64,000 nucleotides of DNA from Longimicrobiales bacterium. Its GTDB lineage: Bacteria; Gemmatimonadota; Gemmatimonadetes; Longimicrobiales; Gaopeijiaceae. Below, in pieces: positions 9,540 through 18,454 of this stretch. The stretch covers positions 2,560,001 through 2,624,000 of the forward strand of contig CBDBCF010000001.1 of assembly GCA_965202985.1 (NCBI GenBank), written 5' to 3'. Made by a program: the position numbers and the translations under genes. The notes beneath the pieces are model-generated. The model was not told where the DNA came from and made no database searches. It was given only the letters and a program-made list of their open reading frames with translations. Each line of letters opens with the position of its first letter. Within the stretch, counting starts at the first letter, position 1.

Positions 9540-10154
9540 ATGCGAGCGGCGCTTGCACTGGCGGCAATGGTCGTCCTTGGTGGATGCGGCAGCCCGCCCG
9601 ACGAAATCCCCGGCAACCCGTCCGTTTCGCCCGTTCTGTCCAGCGTCCCCGTTGCGCCCCCGAGCCTCCCCGATCACGCACCCGACCGGTTCGGCTTCGG
9701 TTCGGCCGCCTCCGAAGCGCGCGTCGCCCTCTGGGACATTGACGTGAAGCCCGACGGCGAGGGGTTGCCGCCCGGAAGCGGCTCGGTGGAGGAAGGCCGC
9801 CGCCTCTACGAGGTCCAGTGCATGGCGTGCCACGGCCCGACCGGAACCGAGGGTCCCAACGAGCGGCTCGTGCCAGACGGTGATTGGGAGCAGTGGCCGC
9901 AAGGGCGCACGGTCGGCGGCTACTGGCCCTACGCCACGACACTGTTCGACTACGTGCGCCGGGCCATGCCCCAAGCGACTCCGGGCTCCCTGTCGGACGA
10001 CCAGGTCTACGCCGTCTCCGCCTACGTCCTCCATCTGAACGGCCTGCTGCCCGCCGACGCCGCGCTGGACTCGGCTTCCCTGGCGGCAGTGGAGATGCCC
10101 GCCCGCAACCGCTTCGTCCCCGACGACCGGCAAGGCGGCCCGGAGGTGCGGTGA
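9540..10154 (+). CDS. soxD: SoxD-like monoheme cytochrome c lipoprotein (alternative start GTG 9447)
   Basis: Lipobox LGG-C; WDIDVKPDGEGLPPGSGSV; heme motif CMACH; TVGGYWPYATTLFDYVRRAMP; MPARNRF. Confidence 0.8.
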   Translation: MRAALALAAMVVLGGCGSPPDEIPGNPSVSPVLSSVPVAPPSLPDHAPDRFGFGSAASEARVALWDIDVKPDGEGLPPGSGSVEEGRRLYEVQCMACHGPTGTEGPNERLVPDGDWEQWPQGRTVGGYWPYATTLFDYVRRAMPQATPGSLSDDQVYAVSAYVLHLNGLLPADAALDSASLAAVEMPARNRFVPDDRQGGPEVR

Positions 10155-10191
10155 CAGGCGAAGCCCACGCTTGAAGATGACTTCCAGAGTT

Positions 10192-10207
10192 TGGCACGTA
10201 AATTGCT
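10192..10207 (+). promoter_or_regulatory. sigma54 (-24/-12) promoter
   Basis: TGGCACG-TAAA-TTGCT matches TGGCACG-N4-TTGCW exactly, 60 bp upstream of the peptide ATG. Confidence 0.85.
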
Positions 10208-10220
10208 GTGTACTGGCGCG

Positions 10221-10239
10221 TCGCGACACGGTGTCGCGA
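10221..10239. repeat. Perfect inverted repeat just downstream of the predicted sigma54 start site
   Basis: TCGCGACAC-G-GTGTCGCGA. Confidence 0.8.
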
Positions 10240-10267
10240 AAAACACGTCCCAGCAAGGGAGGCAAAG

Positions 10268-10519
10268 ATGGAGAAGCACCGGCAGATGAGGCTGTTCGCC
10301 ATGATCGCGTCGTTCCTGGCGCTTCTGGCGGCAGGTGCCTGGGTCCAACACCTGGGCGCGGAAGACGACGGAGGCTGCGACCACGGGGAGTGCGAGCACA
10401 GCCACCGTCGCTTCTGGTTCGACAGCCACAAGTGCGTTCCGAACGAGAACGACGTGGCCTGTGGGACCGACCAGTCGGAGCAGCACGGCTGCGAAACGAC
10501 CAGCTGCGGCGCTGCCTAG
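10268..10519 (+). CDS. Secreted cysteine-rich peptide (83 aa; ~31-aa signal, ~52-aa mature part with 6 Cys)
   Basis: SD GGGAGG before the ATG at 10268; hydrophobic core FAMIASFLALLAAGAW; predicted cleavage LGA|EDD; Cys spacing C-x4-C-x13-C-x8-C-x9-C-x4-C. Confidence 0.8.
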   Translation: MEKHRQMRLFAMIASFLALLAAGAWVQHLGAEDDGGCDHGECEHSHRRFWFDSHKCVPNENDVACGTDQSEQHGCETTSCGAA

Positions 10520-10521
10520 CT

Positions 10522-11700
10522 GTGGAACAACGGTCGAAGACGAGAAGCCGCCTCGGTGGGCTCATCGTGACGGCGGGCTTGGCCCTGGCGTGCGGCCAAG
10601 AAGGACTGCGCGAAGGCGAGGTCCTTCATCCCACGGCCCAGAACGCTTTGCCGGACGACGCAGCGGTGATCACCAGCGATACGCTTCCCGCGGGACTCTC
10701 CCCGACGGCGCTGGCGGCATGGCGGGAGACGCGAAACGCCCTTCTCGGGTCTGTCACGCAACTCCAACTCGGGGCGGACGATTCGTCAGGCCCTGATGCC
10801 TTTGGTCGAGTTTGGGACGCGGCCGTGGCGGGTCCCTCCGGGCGGCTGTTCGTGCTCGACGAAATCGACCAGGAGATCCGCGTCTTCGATCGCGATGGAC
10901 GCTTCGTAGGCCGTACAGGCGGAATCGGAGACGGACCGACCGAATTCCGATACGCCAACGGAATCGAGATGCTTGGCGACGGGCGACTGGTTGTGTCCTC
11001 CCGGGGTTCCGTTCAGCTGAAGGTGCTGGCGGAATCAGGGTCCGGCTGGGAGCTGGACGCGACGATTCAGCTCCCGGCCGGTCCCGACGATCTTTGTTCC
11101 ACTCCCGACGGGCGGGTCTTCCTTTCCGGCTACAAGCGCGAAGGCAATACTCTGGTGCACGAGGTTGCCGTGACGGAGGGCTCGTCAACCCAAGACTTCG
11201 GGGAAGGCTACCTTGCCGACCACTGGCTGGTCGAACACCAGCTGGCGCCGGGAAGGCTCGCATGCACGGAAGAACAGGGTCCGGTGATGTTCGCTCACGA
11301 GTTGCTCCCGTGGGTGCGCGCGTTCGATCGGGATACCGGTCGTCTGCTGTGGACCGCCGAAATCGAGGACTTTCTGTTGCCGATGGTCGTGTCGAGAGTT
11401 CGGTCCGACGGACGCCACGCAGTGCGACGCGGCCGAACAGAGGTCGAAGACATAGTGGCAGCCCTGCACGCAGTGTCGTCCAACCATCTGCTGTTGCAGG
11501 TCTCGCGATTCCGTGCTAGCGGAAGACAGGTGAGCGTGCGCAGCTACCTTCTTGACGCCGCGACCGGGCTTGGGGCGAGCCTCGGGGACGATGCACTGCC
11601 TCCCGTCGTGTCTACCTTTCCCGGTGGTTATGTCGCCGTCTTCGAGGATCCCTACCCTCGCCTCGAAACGAGGGTCTTCGGCGACGGTGGAGGTCTGTGA
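10522..11700 (+). CDS. 6-bladed beta-propeller lipoprotein
   Basis: GTG 2 nt after the peptide stop; basic N-terminus then lipobox LALA-C; LFVLDEIDQEIRVFDRDG, GGIGDGPTEFRY. Confidence 0.8.
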   Translation: MEQRSKTRSRLGGLIVTAGLALACGQEGLREGEVLHPTAQNALPDDAAVITSDTLPAGLSPTALAAWRETRNALLGSVTQLQLGADDSSGPDAFGRVWDAAVAGPSGRLFVLDEIDQEIRVFDRDGRFVGRTGGIGDGPTEFRYANGIEMLGDGRLVVSSRGSVQLKVLAESGSGWELDATIQLPAGPDDLCSTPDGRVFLSGYKREGNTLVHEVAVTEGSSTQDFGEGYLADHWLVEHQLAPGRLACTEEQGPVMFAHELLPWVRAFDRDTGRLLWTAEIEDFLLPMVVSRVRSDGRHAVRRGRTEVEDIVAALHAVSSNHLLLQVSRFRASGRQVSVRSYLLDAATGLGASLGDDALPPVVSTFPGGYVAVFEDPYPRLETRVFGDGGGL

Positions 11701-12329
11701 CGGTGTTGCGCGGGAATCGAAGGCAGTGGGGTTGGATTGCGATTTTCGCGTGCATGGGAGCTCCGGTCGGATATGGACTAGCGTGGGCAGGACTGATTCC
11801 AGACGTGCGCGTCGACTGGCCCGTCGGCCTGCGCGGGAGGGAGTCGTACACGCCCTCCGGCACCCTGTCTTCTGGCACGGAGGTTGTCCTGGTCTACGTC
11901 GGGTCCTCAACCTGCGCCTGGTCGAACGTGCCGAGATTGCCCAAGTTGGTCGAAGAGCTCAAGCTCACGCTTCAGGCGAGGGCGAAGTCCGAAGGCAAGA
12001 CCTTCTTCACGGTTGGCGTTGCCCGCGATCTCGAATCGGACCGAGGCCTTCGTCACCTGGAGGACTTCGGGACGTTCGACGAAGTGATGTCGGGCGGCAG
12101 TTGGATCAATACTGGTATTCTCAAGTACATCTTTGACGACCTGCCGGGTCCCGCGGCTACCCCGCAACTGGTCCTCTTGGAGCGCTTGGTCGAGGTCCGC
12201 GAGGGGAACTATTCCATCGCGGACGAACGAATTCTGGCCCGGGCTGTCGGACTTGAGGAAATCGACGAATGGGGCGCCTCGTGGGCGAGAAGCGGCACCG
12301 CGCCCGACCGCGGGACACGAGGTCGGTAG
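11697..12329 (+). CDS. Membrane-anchored thioredoxin-like protein with CxxS motif
   Basis: GTGA overlap with the propeller gene; N-terminal hydrophobic segment; strand VVLVYVG followed by STCAWS; TVGVARD strand; ATPQLVLL cis-Pro-like loop. Fold assignment is inferred. Confidence 0.65.
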   Translation: MTVLRGNRRQWGWIAIFACMGAPVGYGLAWAGLIPDVRVDWPVGLRGRESYTPSGTLSSGTEVVLVYVGSSTCAWSNVPRLPKLVEELKLTLQARAKSEGKTFFTVGVARDLESDRGLRHLEDFGTFDEVMSGGSWINTGILKYIFDDLPGPAATPQLVLLERLVEVREGNYSIADERILARAVGLEEIDEWGASWARSGTAPDRGTRGR

Positions 12330-12428
12330 TTCGGGTCCCAGGTCGTCCCTTCCGGCCGGTCGGCCGGGCGCTGGTGGCTGGCTAGCGACCTGCCGACGGC
12401 GCGATCTCCCCGCTCCGCTCGTTGCCGC

Positions 12429-12458
12429 TTGCGCCTTCGTCGGCCCCCGCCGTATGGT
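12429..12458 (+). promoter_or_regulatory. Putative sigma70 promoter of the rny operon
   Basis: TTGCGC, 18-bp spacer, TATGGT; ~90 bp upstream of rny. Confidence 0.4.
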
Positions 12459-12550
12459 GTAGCCAAATCCAGGGAGCCCGTGGGCAGGCGCGCGGACTTC
12501 CGTTGTCGATTCCTGGGGTCGGTCGGGCAAGACCGGCTTGGAGAAAATAC

Positions 12551-14119
12551 ATGGACCCGCTGGGTTGGGCCCTGGCGGTGGGGGCGGTCGTCGCCGGGGT
12601 TGTGGGGTACCTCCTGGGCAGGAGCCAGGAGCGCCGCCGACAGAGCGAACAGCAGGCCGCGGCCAAGGACGAGGCCTCGCGCATCCGCCGACGGGCCGAG
12701 GAAGAGGCCGGGAGCCTGCGTCGCGCCGCCGAGCTGGAGGCCCGGGAGGAGGCGCTTCGGGTCAAGGAGGCGTGGGAGGCCGAGGAGCGCCGTCGGCGGG
12801 ATGAGGTGGAACGGGGCGAGCGCCGGTTGGCCGAGCGGGCCGGGGCCGCCGACCGCAAGTCCGAGCAGCTGGATCGGCGGGAGACCGGGTTGGACGAGCG
12901 GATTCGGGTTCTCGAGGCCCGGGAGCGCGAAGCCGAGGGCCGTCGCCGCGAGTCCGATCGGCTCCTGGCGAAGTTGCGCGAGCGCTTGGAGGCGGCGTCG
13001 GGCCTGTCGGTGGAGGACGCCAAGGCCGAGTTGATCGCCGGGCTGGAGGACGAGGCGCGGGCGGGGGCCGCCAACTCCATCCGGGCGATCAAGGAAGAGG
13101 CGCAGCGCACCGCCGACCGCGAGGCCAAGCGCTTGGTGGCGATGGCGATCCAACGAATGGCCGCGGTCGAGACCGCCCAGCTCGCCGTGTCGCTGGTGCA
13201 GCTTCCGTCGGACGAGATGAAGGGGCGGATCATCGGCCGGGAGGGACGCAACATACGGGCGTTCGAACAGGCCACGGGGATCGACGTGGTCGTGGACGAC
13301 ACGCCCGAGGCCGTGGTGCTGTCGGGGTACGAACCGGTGCGGCGGGAGATCGCTCGGCTGGCGCTGGCCAAGCTGGTCGAGGACGGGCGCATCCACCCCG
13401 CGCGGATCGAAGAGGTCGTGGAGGCGAGTCGGACGGAAGTGGAGGCCGAGATGCAGGCGGCGGCGGAAGAGGTCCTTTACGAGCTGGGCATCCACAACGT
13501 GCACCCGGAGATCGTCAAGGTGCTGGGCCGCCTCAAGTTCCGCACGTCGTTCGGCCAGAACCAGCTGGCCCACTCGCGCGAGGTCGCCCTGCTGGCGGGC
13601 ACGATGGCCGCCGAAATGGGGCTCGACGCGAAGATGGCCCGGCGCGCCGGCGTGCTTCACGACGTGGGCAAGGCCCTGACCCACGACCAGGAGCTGACGC
13701 ACGTGGAGCTGGGACGACGGCTGTGCAAGCGCCACGACGAGCCCGACGTGGTGCTGAACGCCATTGCCGCTCACCACGGGGACGAGCCCCACGAGTACGC
13801 CGAGGCGTGGCTGGTCACGGCGGCGGACGCCATCAGCGGCTCCCGGCCCGGCGCCCGAAGGGAGATGTTCGACGGGTACGTCCGGCGACTGGAGCGGTTG
13901 GAGGAGCTGGCGATGGAGCAGCCCGGCGTGGAACGTTGCTTCGCCATCCAAGCCGGCCGGGAACTTCGGGTCATGGTGCAGCCCGACAAGGTGTCGGACG
14001 ACGGGATGGCGCAGATTTCGGAAGCAGTGGCCCGGGCGATCGAGAACGAGCTTCAGTACCCCGGCCAGATCAAGGTCGTCGTCATTCGGGAGACCCGAGC
14101 CGTCGACTTCGCCCGCTAA
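12551..14119 (+). CDS. rny: Ribonuclease Y
   Basis: N-terminal TM and coiled coil; KH motif [15 protein letters not shown] domain LHDVGKA...[27 protein letters not shown]. Confidence 0.97.
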   Translation: MDPLGWALAVGAVVAGVVGYLLGRSQERRRQSEQQAAAKDEASRIRRRAEEEAGSLRRAAELEAREEALRVKEAWEAEERRRRDEVERGERRLAERAGAADRKSEQLDRRETGLDERIRVLEAREREAEGRRRESDRLLAKLRERLEAASGLSVEDAKAELIAGLEDEARAGAANSIRAIKEEAQRTADREAKRLVAMAIQRMAAVETAQLAVSLVQLPSDEMKGRIIGREGRNIRAFEQATGIDVVVDDTPEAVVLSGYEPVRREIARLALAKLVEDGRIHPARIEEVVEASRTEVEAEMQAAAEEVLYELGIHNVHPEIVKVLGRLKFRTSFGQNQLAHSREVALLAGTMAAEMGLDAKMARRAGVLHDVGKALTHDQELTHVELGRRLCKRHDEPDVVLNAIAAHHGDEPHEYAEAWLVTAADAISGSRPGARREMFDGYVRRLERLEELAMEQPGVERCFAIQAGRELRVMVQPDKVSDDGMAQISEAVARAIENELQYPGQIKVVVIRETRAVDFAR

Positions 14120-14156
14120 GGGGGCGATCCTCACCTCAACAACGGAAACCTGTTCA

Positions 14157-15065
14157 ATGGCAGCGAAGATCATTTCGGGAACGCGGATCGCCCGCGCCAT
14201 CCGCGAGGAACTCCACGCGCGGGTTGCGCGGATGGCCCAAGACGACCTGGTGCCGGGGTTGGCCACGGTCCTGGTGGGCGAGAACCCCGCAAGCCGCCTC
14301 TACGTGGGCATGAAGAACAAGGCGGCGTCCGAGGCGGGCATCCGCTCCCGCCAAGCGACCCTGCCCGAATCGACCAGCGAGGCCGAGCTGCTGGCCCTCG
14401 TGGCCGAACTCAACGCCGACCCCGCCGTTCACGGCATCCTGGTGCAGCTGCCCCTGCCCGAGCAGATCGACGAGGCCAAGGTCCTCACGGCCGTCGATCC
14501 GGCCAAGGACGTGGACGGCTTTCATCCCGTGAACGTGGGCCGGCTGGCCACGGGCGATCCGCGCGTCCTGCCGCCGTGCACGCCCCGGGGAGTGCTGGAG
14601 CTGCTGCTGCGCAGCGGCGCCGACCCGGCGGGCAAGCACGTGGTCGTGGTGGGGCGGTCGAACATCGTCGGCAAGCCGATGGCCTACCTGCTGCTGCGCC
14701 GGGCGCCCGGAGGCAACGCCACCGTGACCGTGGCCCACAGCCGCACGGCGGACCTGGGCGCCCTGACCCGCCAAGCGGACATCCTCGTGGTGGCCGTGGG
14801 CCGCCCCGGCATCGTGTCGGGCGACATGGTCAAGCCCGGCGCGGTCGTCGTCGACGTAGGCACCAACCGGGTGGACGACCCGGATCGCGAAAAGGGCTAC
14901 CGCGTGGTGGGCGACGTGGACTTCGAGAGCGCGAAGGACGTGGCGTCGGCGATCACCCCGGTGCCGGGCGGCGTCGGCCCCATGACCATAGCCATGCTCC
15001 TGGCCAACACGGTGGAAGCTGCGGCCGCGCAGGCGGGACTCGACGAGGCGCAACCCGGCCGATGA
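14157..15065 (+). CDS. folD: Bifunctional methylenetetrahydrofolate dehydrogenase/cyclohydrolase
   Basis: [48 protein letters not shown]. Confidence 0.97.
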   Translation: MAAKIISGTRIARAIREELHARVARMAQDDLVPGLATVLVGENPASRLYVGMKNKAASEAGIRSRQATLPESTSEAELLALVAELNADPAVHGILVQLPLPEQIDEAKVLTAVDPAKDVDGFHPVNVGRLATGDPRVLPPCTPRGVLELLLRSGADPAGKHVVVVGRSNIVGKPMAYLLLRRAPGGNATVTVAHSRTADLGALTRQADILVVAVGRPGIVSGDMVKPGAVVVDVGTNRVDDPDREKGYRVVGDVDFESAKDVASAITPVPGGVGPMTIAMLLANTVEAAAAQAGLDEAQPGR

Positions 15066-16300
15066 GCCCGCAGCCCGACCTGTTTTCCGGCGACGGGACG
15101 GCCGGTTCGGGCATCCCCGCCCCCAAGGTCTGGACCGTGACCCAGGTCAACCGGTCGGTCCGCCTCTTGCTGGACGAGAGCCTGCCCCGGCTTTGGGTCG
15201 GCGGAGAGGTGGCCAACTTCACCCGCCACCGGTCGGGGCACCGCTACTTCTCGCTCAAGGACGGGACGGCGCAGCTGCGCTGCGTCATGTTCCGCCGAGA
15301 AGCGGTTCGCCTTGCCGCGGATCCGTCCGACGGCATGATCGTGCGGGCCTTCGGGGGCGTCACCCTGTACGAGGCGCGGGGCGCGTACCAGTTCGTGATC
15401 TCCAAGCTCGAGGCCGAGCGCGAAGGGGGCATGTGGCGGCTGGCCTTCGACCGGCTTCGGAAGCGACTGGAGGCCGAGGGCCTGACCGACCCCGCCCGCA
15501 AGCGGCCGCTGCCGCCCTTTCCCCGGTCGGTCGGAGTCGTGACCTCGCCGGGAGGCGCGGCCCTGCGCGACGTGACGGCGGTGGTGGCGCGGCGCTCGCC
15601 CTGGGTGCGGCTCGTCGTGCGGGCCACCCGGGTCCAAGGCGAAGGTGCGGCCCGGGAGATCGCCGCCGCCGTGTCGCTGGTGGCCGCCAGCGGCGTGGAC
15701 GCCGTTCTCGTGGCCCGAGGCGGCGGGTCCGCAGAGGACCTGTGGGCGTTCAACGAAGAGCCGGTGGCGCGGGCGGTGGCGGCCAGCCCGGTGCCCGTCG
15801 TGTCCGGCGTGGGGCACGAGACCGACGTGACCCTTTGCGACCTGGTGGCCGACCTGCGCGCCGCCACGCCCTCCGCCGCTGCCGAAGCCGTGGCCCCCGC
15901 CCGCGACGCTGTCGACATCCGGCTGAACGCTTCCACCGCGCGCTTGGCCAAGGGACTTGCGGCGCTGGCCCGCTCGCGCAGAAGCAGGTTGGAGTGGGCG
16001 CGCGACGCCCTCGACAGTCGCATCCGGGCAAGGACGGCCGTCCGTCGGACCCGCCTGGAGCGCGACAAGGAGCGGCTGGCCGCCGCCGCCCACGGGCGCA
16101 TCGGCCGCGACGCCGCCCGGCTGGCGCAGGGCGCAGCCGCCCTGGAGGCCCTATCGCCCCTGTCCACGCTGGCCCGCGGCTATGCAGTGCCGCTGGACGG
16201 CGACGGACGTCTCCTTCGCGCCGCCGCCGACTTCGCACCCGGCGCGCTCTTTCGCCTCCGCGTCGTGGACGGGAACGTGCCCTGCGCGGTTCGGTCGTGA
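15062..16300 (+). CDS. xseA: Exodeoxyribonuclease VII large subunit
   Basis: [60 protein letters not shown]. Confidence 0.95.
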   Translation: MSPQPDLFSGDGTAGSGIPAPKVWTVTQVNRSVRLLLDESLPRLWVGGEVANFTRHRSGHRYFSLKDGTAQLRCVMFRREAVRLAADPSDGMIVRAFGGVTLYEARGAYQFVISKLEAEREGGMWRLAFDRLRKRLEAEGLTDPARKRPLPPFPRSVGVVTSPGGAALRDVTAVVARRSPWVRLVVRATRVQGEGAAREIAAAVSLVAASGVDAVLVARGGGSAEDLWAFNEEPVARAVAASPVPVVSGVGHETDVTLCDLVADLRAATPSAAAEAVAPARDAVDIRLNASTARLAKGLAALARSRRSRLEWARDALDSRIRARTAVRRTRLERDKERLAAAAHGRIGRDAARLAQGAAALEALSPLSTLARGYAVPLDGDGRLLRAAADFAPGALFRLRVVDGNVPCAVRS

Positions 16301-16575
16301 CCCCCGACTCGCGCGAGCCTGGCGCGGAAGGCGAGCCGGGCCTGGAAGACCGCCTGCGGCGCATCGACGAGATCGTGGCGGCCCTGGATTCCGACGCCCT
16401 GGGACTGGACCAAGCGCTGGCGCTCTTCGAGGAGGGCGTCGTGCACGTGGGACGGGCCCGGGCGATCTTGGCCGCCGCCGAGCTCAAGGTCGAGGAGCTG
16501 GTCGGGCCCGACGGCGAGGAGCGGCGGGACCGAACGCCGTCGGAGCGCGACCCTGGGCCTGGGGAAGATGCCTGA
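16297..16575 (+). CDS. xseB: Exodeoxyribonuclease VII small subunit
   Basis: LEDRLRRIDEIVAALD...LDQALALFEEG...AELKVEEL; GTGA overlap with xseA. Confidence 0.9.
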   Translation: MTPDSREPGAEGEPGLEDRLRRIDEIVAALDSDALGLDQALALFEEGVVHVGRARAILAAAELKVEELVGPDGEERRDRTPSERDPGPGEDA

Positions 16576-17467
16576 CGGCTTCCGCGCCTTCCTGGAGGAC
16601 CGGCGCGACAATGTCGGCGAAGCTCTGCGCCGCGCTCTGGACGCCCTGGCCGAGCGGATTCCCCCGAGGCTGGCGGCGGCCGCCGAAGACGGCGTGATGA
16701 GCAGTGGCAAGCGGCTGCGCCCGCTCCTCCTCGTCGCTGCCTACGAAGAGACCGGGGGCGGGGCCACGCAGGACGTGTACGACCTGGCGGCGTCCGTCGA
16801 GCTCGTCCACGCATACTCGCTCATGCACGACGACCTTCCCTGCATGGACGACGCGCCCTTGCGGCGGGGCCGTCCCACGCCCCATGCGGTTCACGGAACT
16901 GGCGTTGCCGCGGTGGCCGGCGCCGTGCTTGTGCCGTGGGCGGCCGCATGGGCCCACGACGCCGCGGTCCGCGTGGGCAGGACGCCGGCCCAAGCGCGGG
17001 CCATCGCGGTACGGCTCCTGGAAGCGGCCGGGGCCGGCGGCATGGTAGGGGGGCAGGCGCTGGACCTGCTTGCCGAAGGGCGGCGCGTGGACGAAGCGGA
17101 GCTGGCGGCGCTTCACGGCCTCAAGACCGGCGCCCTGCTGGCCGCGTCGCTGGAGGCCGGCGTCATGGCGGCGGGCGGGAACGGCCGCGTCCTGGAAGCG
17201 GCTGGAACCTTCGGCCGGAGCGTGGGGCTGGCGTTCCAGCTCGTGGACGACGTGCTGGATGCCACGGCCTCCGCCGTCCAGCTGGGCAAGCGCCCCTCCG
17301 ACGCGGATCGGGAGAAGTCCACCTACGTGGCCCTCTTGGGAGTCGAAGGCGCCCGAGCCCGGGCCCGGCAGCTGGTGGTGCGCGGGACGGCCGCCCTGGA
17401 CGCGGCGGGACTGGCGGCGCCGCGCCTCCGCGAGCTCGGCCGCTTCGTCCTGGACCGTCGCCGATGA
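16568..17467 (+). CDS. ispA: Polyprenyl (farnesyl) diphosphate synthase
   Basis: GKRLRP, HAYSLMHDDLPCMD, RRGRPT, GQALDL, KTGAL, FQLVDDVLD. Confidence 0.9.
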   Translation: MPDGFRAFLEDRRDNVGEALRRALDALAERIPPRLAAAAEDGVMSSGKRLRPLLLVAAYEETGGGATQDVYDLAASVELVHAYSLMHDDLPCMDDAPLRRGRPTPHAVHGTGVAAVAGAVLVPWAAAWAHDAAVRVGRTPAQARAIAVRLLEAAGAGGMVGGQALDLLAEGRRVDEAELAALHGLKTGALLAASLEAGVMAAGGNGRVLEAAGTFGRSVGLAFQLVDDVLDATASAVQLGKRPSDADREKSTYVALLGVEGARARARQLVVRGTAALDAAGLAAPRLRELGRFVLDRRR

Positions 17468-18384
17468 CCGCCCCGTCGTTCCGCCGCATCTCGGTCGTCG
17501 GCATGGACCCGCAAGCCGGGCCCGACCCGATGGCGGACGCTTTCCGACGCGTGTCTTCGGTGGCCGCCGAGTTCGGCGCCGACGTATCGGCGGCCGTGGC
17601 CGACGCTTCCACCACCGGGGCGGAGGGGGCGCCGCCGCCGGGCGTTCACGCGGAGGCCGACTTGGTCGTCTCGCTGGGTGGCGACGGCACCCTGCTGCGG
17701 GCCGCCCGCTTGGTACTGGGCCTGGGCGTCCCGGTTCTGGGCGTCAACCTGGGGAACCTGGGGTTCCTCACGTCGGTGTCGGGCGCCGAGGTCGAGACCG
17801 GGCTGCGCCAAGTCCTTTCGGGCGATTACGAGGTCGAGGAGCGAACCACCCTGGTGGCGGAGGTCCGCGCGCCGGAATCCGCGCCGAGTGCGTTGCCCCG
17901 TGCGTCGTTCGCCGCGCTCAACGACGTGGTGGTCCACCGACCCGTGGCCTCGCGCGTCAGCCGCCTGGGCCTGTGGGTCGGCGACCCCGGCGAGTCCCGA
18001 GAAGAGATCGGCAGCTTCGCGGGAGACGGCCTGATCCTGTCGACCCCGACCGGCTCCACGGCCTACTCACTGTCGGCGGGTGGCCCGGTCATCGTGCCCG
18101 GCATGAACTGCCTGCTGGCGACGCCGATCCTGCCCCACACCCTGGCCGTCCGCCCGCTGGTGGCGCCCGGCGACAGAGAGATCACCGTCGGAGCGCTGGA
18201 CCCGGGCGATCCCCTCGTGGTGACGGTGGACGGACAAGAGGGAGGACTGCTGCCGGACGACGCCTGCCTCGTCGTGCGCATGGGAACCGCCCGAGCGTCC
18301 CTGATCCGCCTCCCGGGCCATTCGTTCTTCGCAACGCTTCGGCAGAAGCTGAGCTGGGCTGCCCGCGCCCCCGGCGGCAGCTGA
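17464..18384 (+). CDS. nadK: NAD kinase
   Basis: LGGDGTLL, GVNLGNLGFL, ALNDVV, GDGLILSTPTGSTAYSLSAGGP. Confidence 0.95.
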   Translation: MTAPSFRRISVVGMDPQAGPDPMADAFRRVSSVAAEFGADVSAAVADASTTGAEGAPPPGVHAEADLVVSLGGDGTLLRAARLVLGLGVPVLGVNLGNLGFLTSVSGAEVETGLRQVLSGDYEVEERTTLVAEVRAPESAPSALPRASFAALNDVVVHRPVASRVSRLGLWVGDPGESREEIGSFAGDGLILSTPTGSTAYSLSAGGPVIVPGMNCLLATPILPHTLAVRPLVAPGDREITVGALDPGDPLVVTVDGQEGGLLPDDACLVVRMGTARASLIRLPGHSFFATLRQKLSWAARAPGGS

Positions 18385-18454
18385 CCGATACGGCCACATC
18401 GAGTCGGCCCAGCCGGCCATGGCGGGTTGCGTCTTGGCACCATTATGCTATGTC

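Noticed and set aside
10171..10521. N-terminal extension of the 509-aa ORF call
   Set aside because: It overlaps the sigma54 promoter and the better-supported peptide gene; the lipoprotein signal begins at GTG 10522.
12330..12550. 6S RNA, often found between zapA and rny
   Set aside because: Only short hairpins are visible (e.g. CCGGCCG-GT-CGGCCGG near 12352), not a ~180-nt rod with a central bubble. An Infernal search would be needed to exclude it.
18435..18449. sigma54-like TGGCACCATTATGCT upstream of recN
   Set aside because: GG-to-GC spacing is 9 rather than 10. TATGCT could be a -10 for a leaderless mRNA, but no matching -35 is visible.
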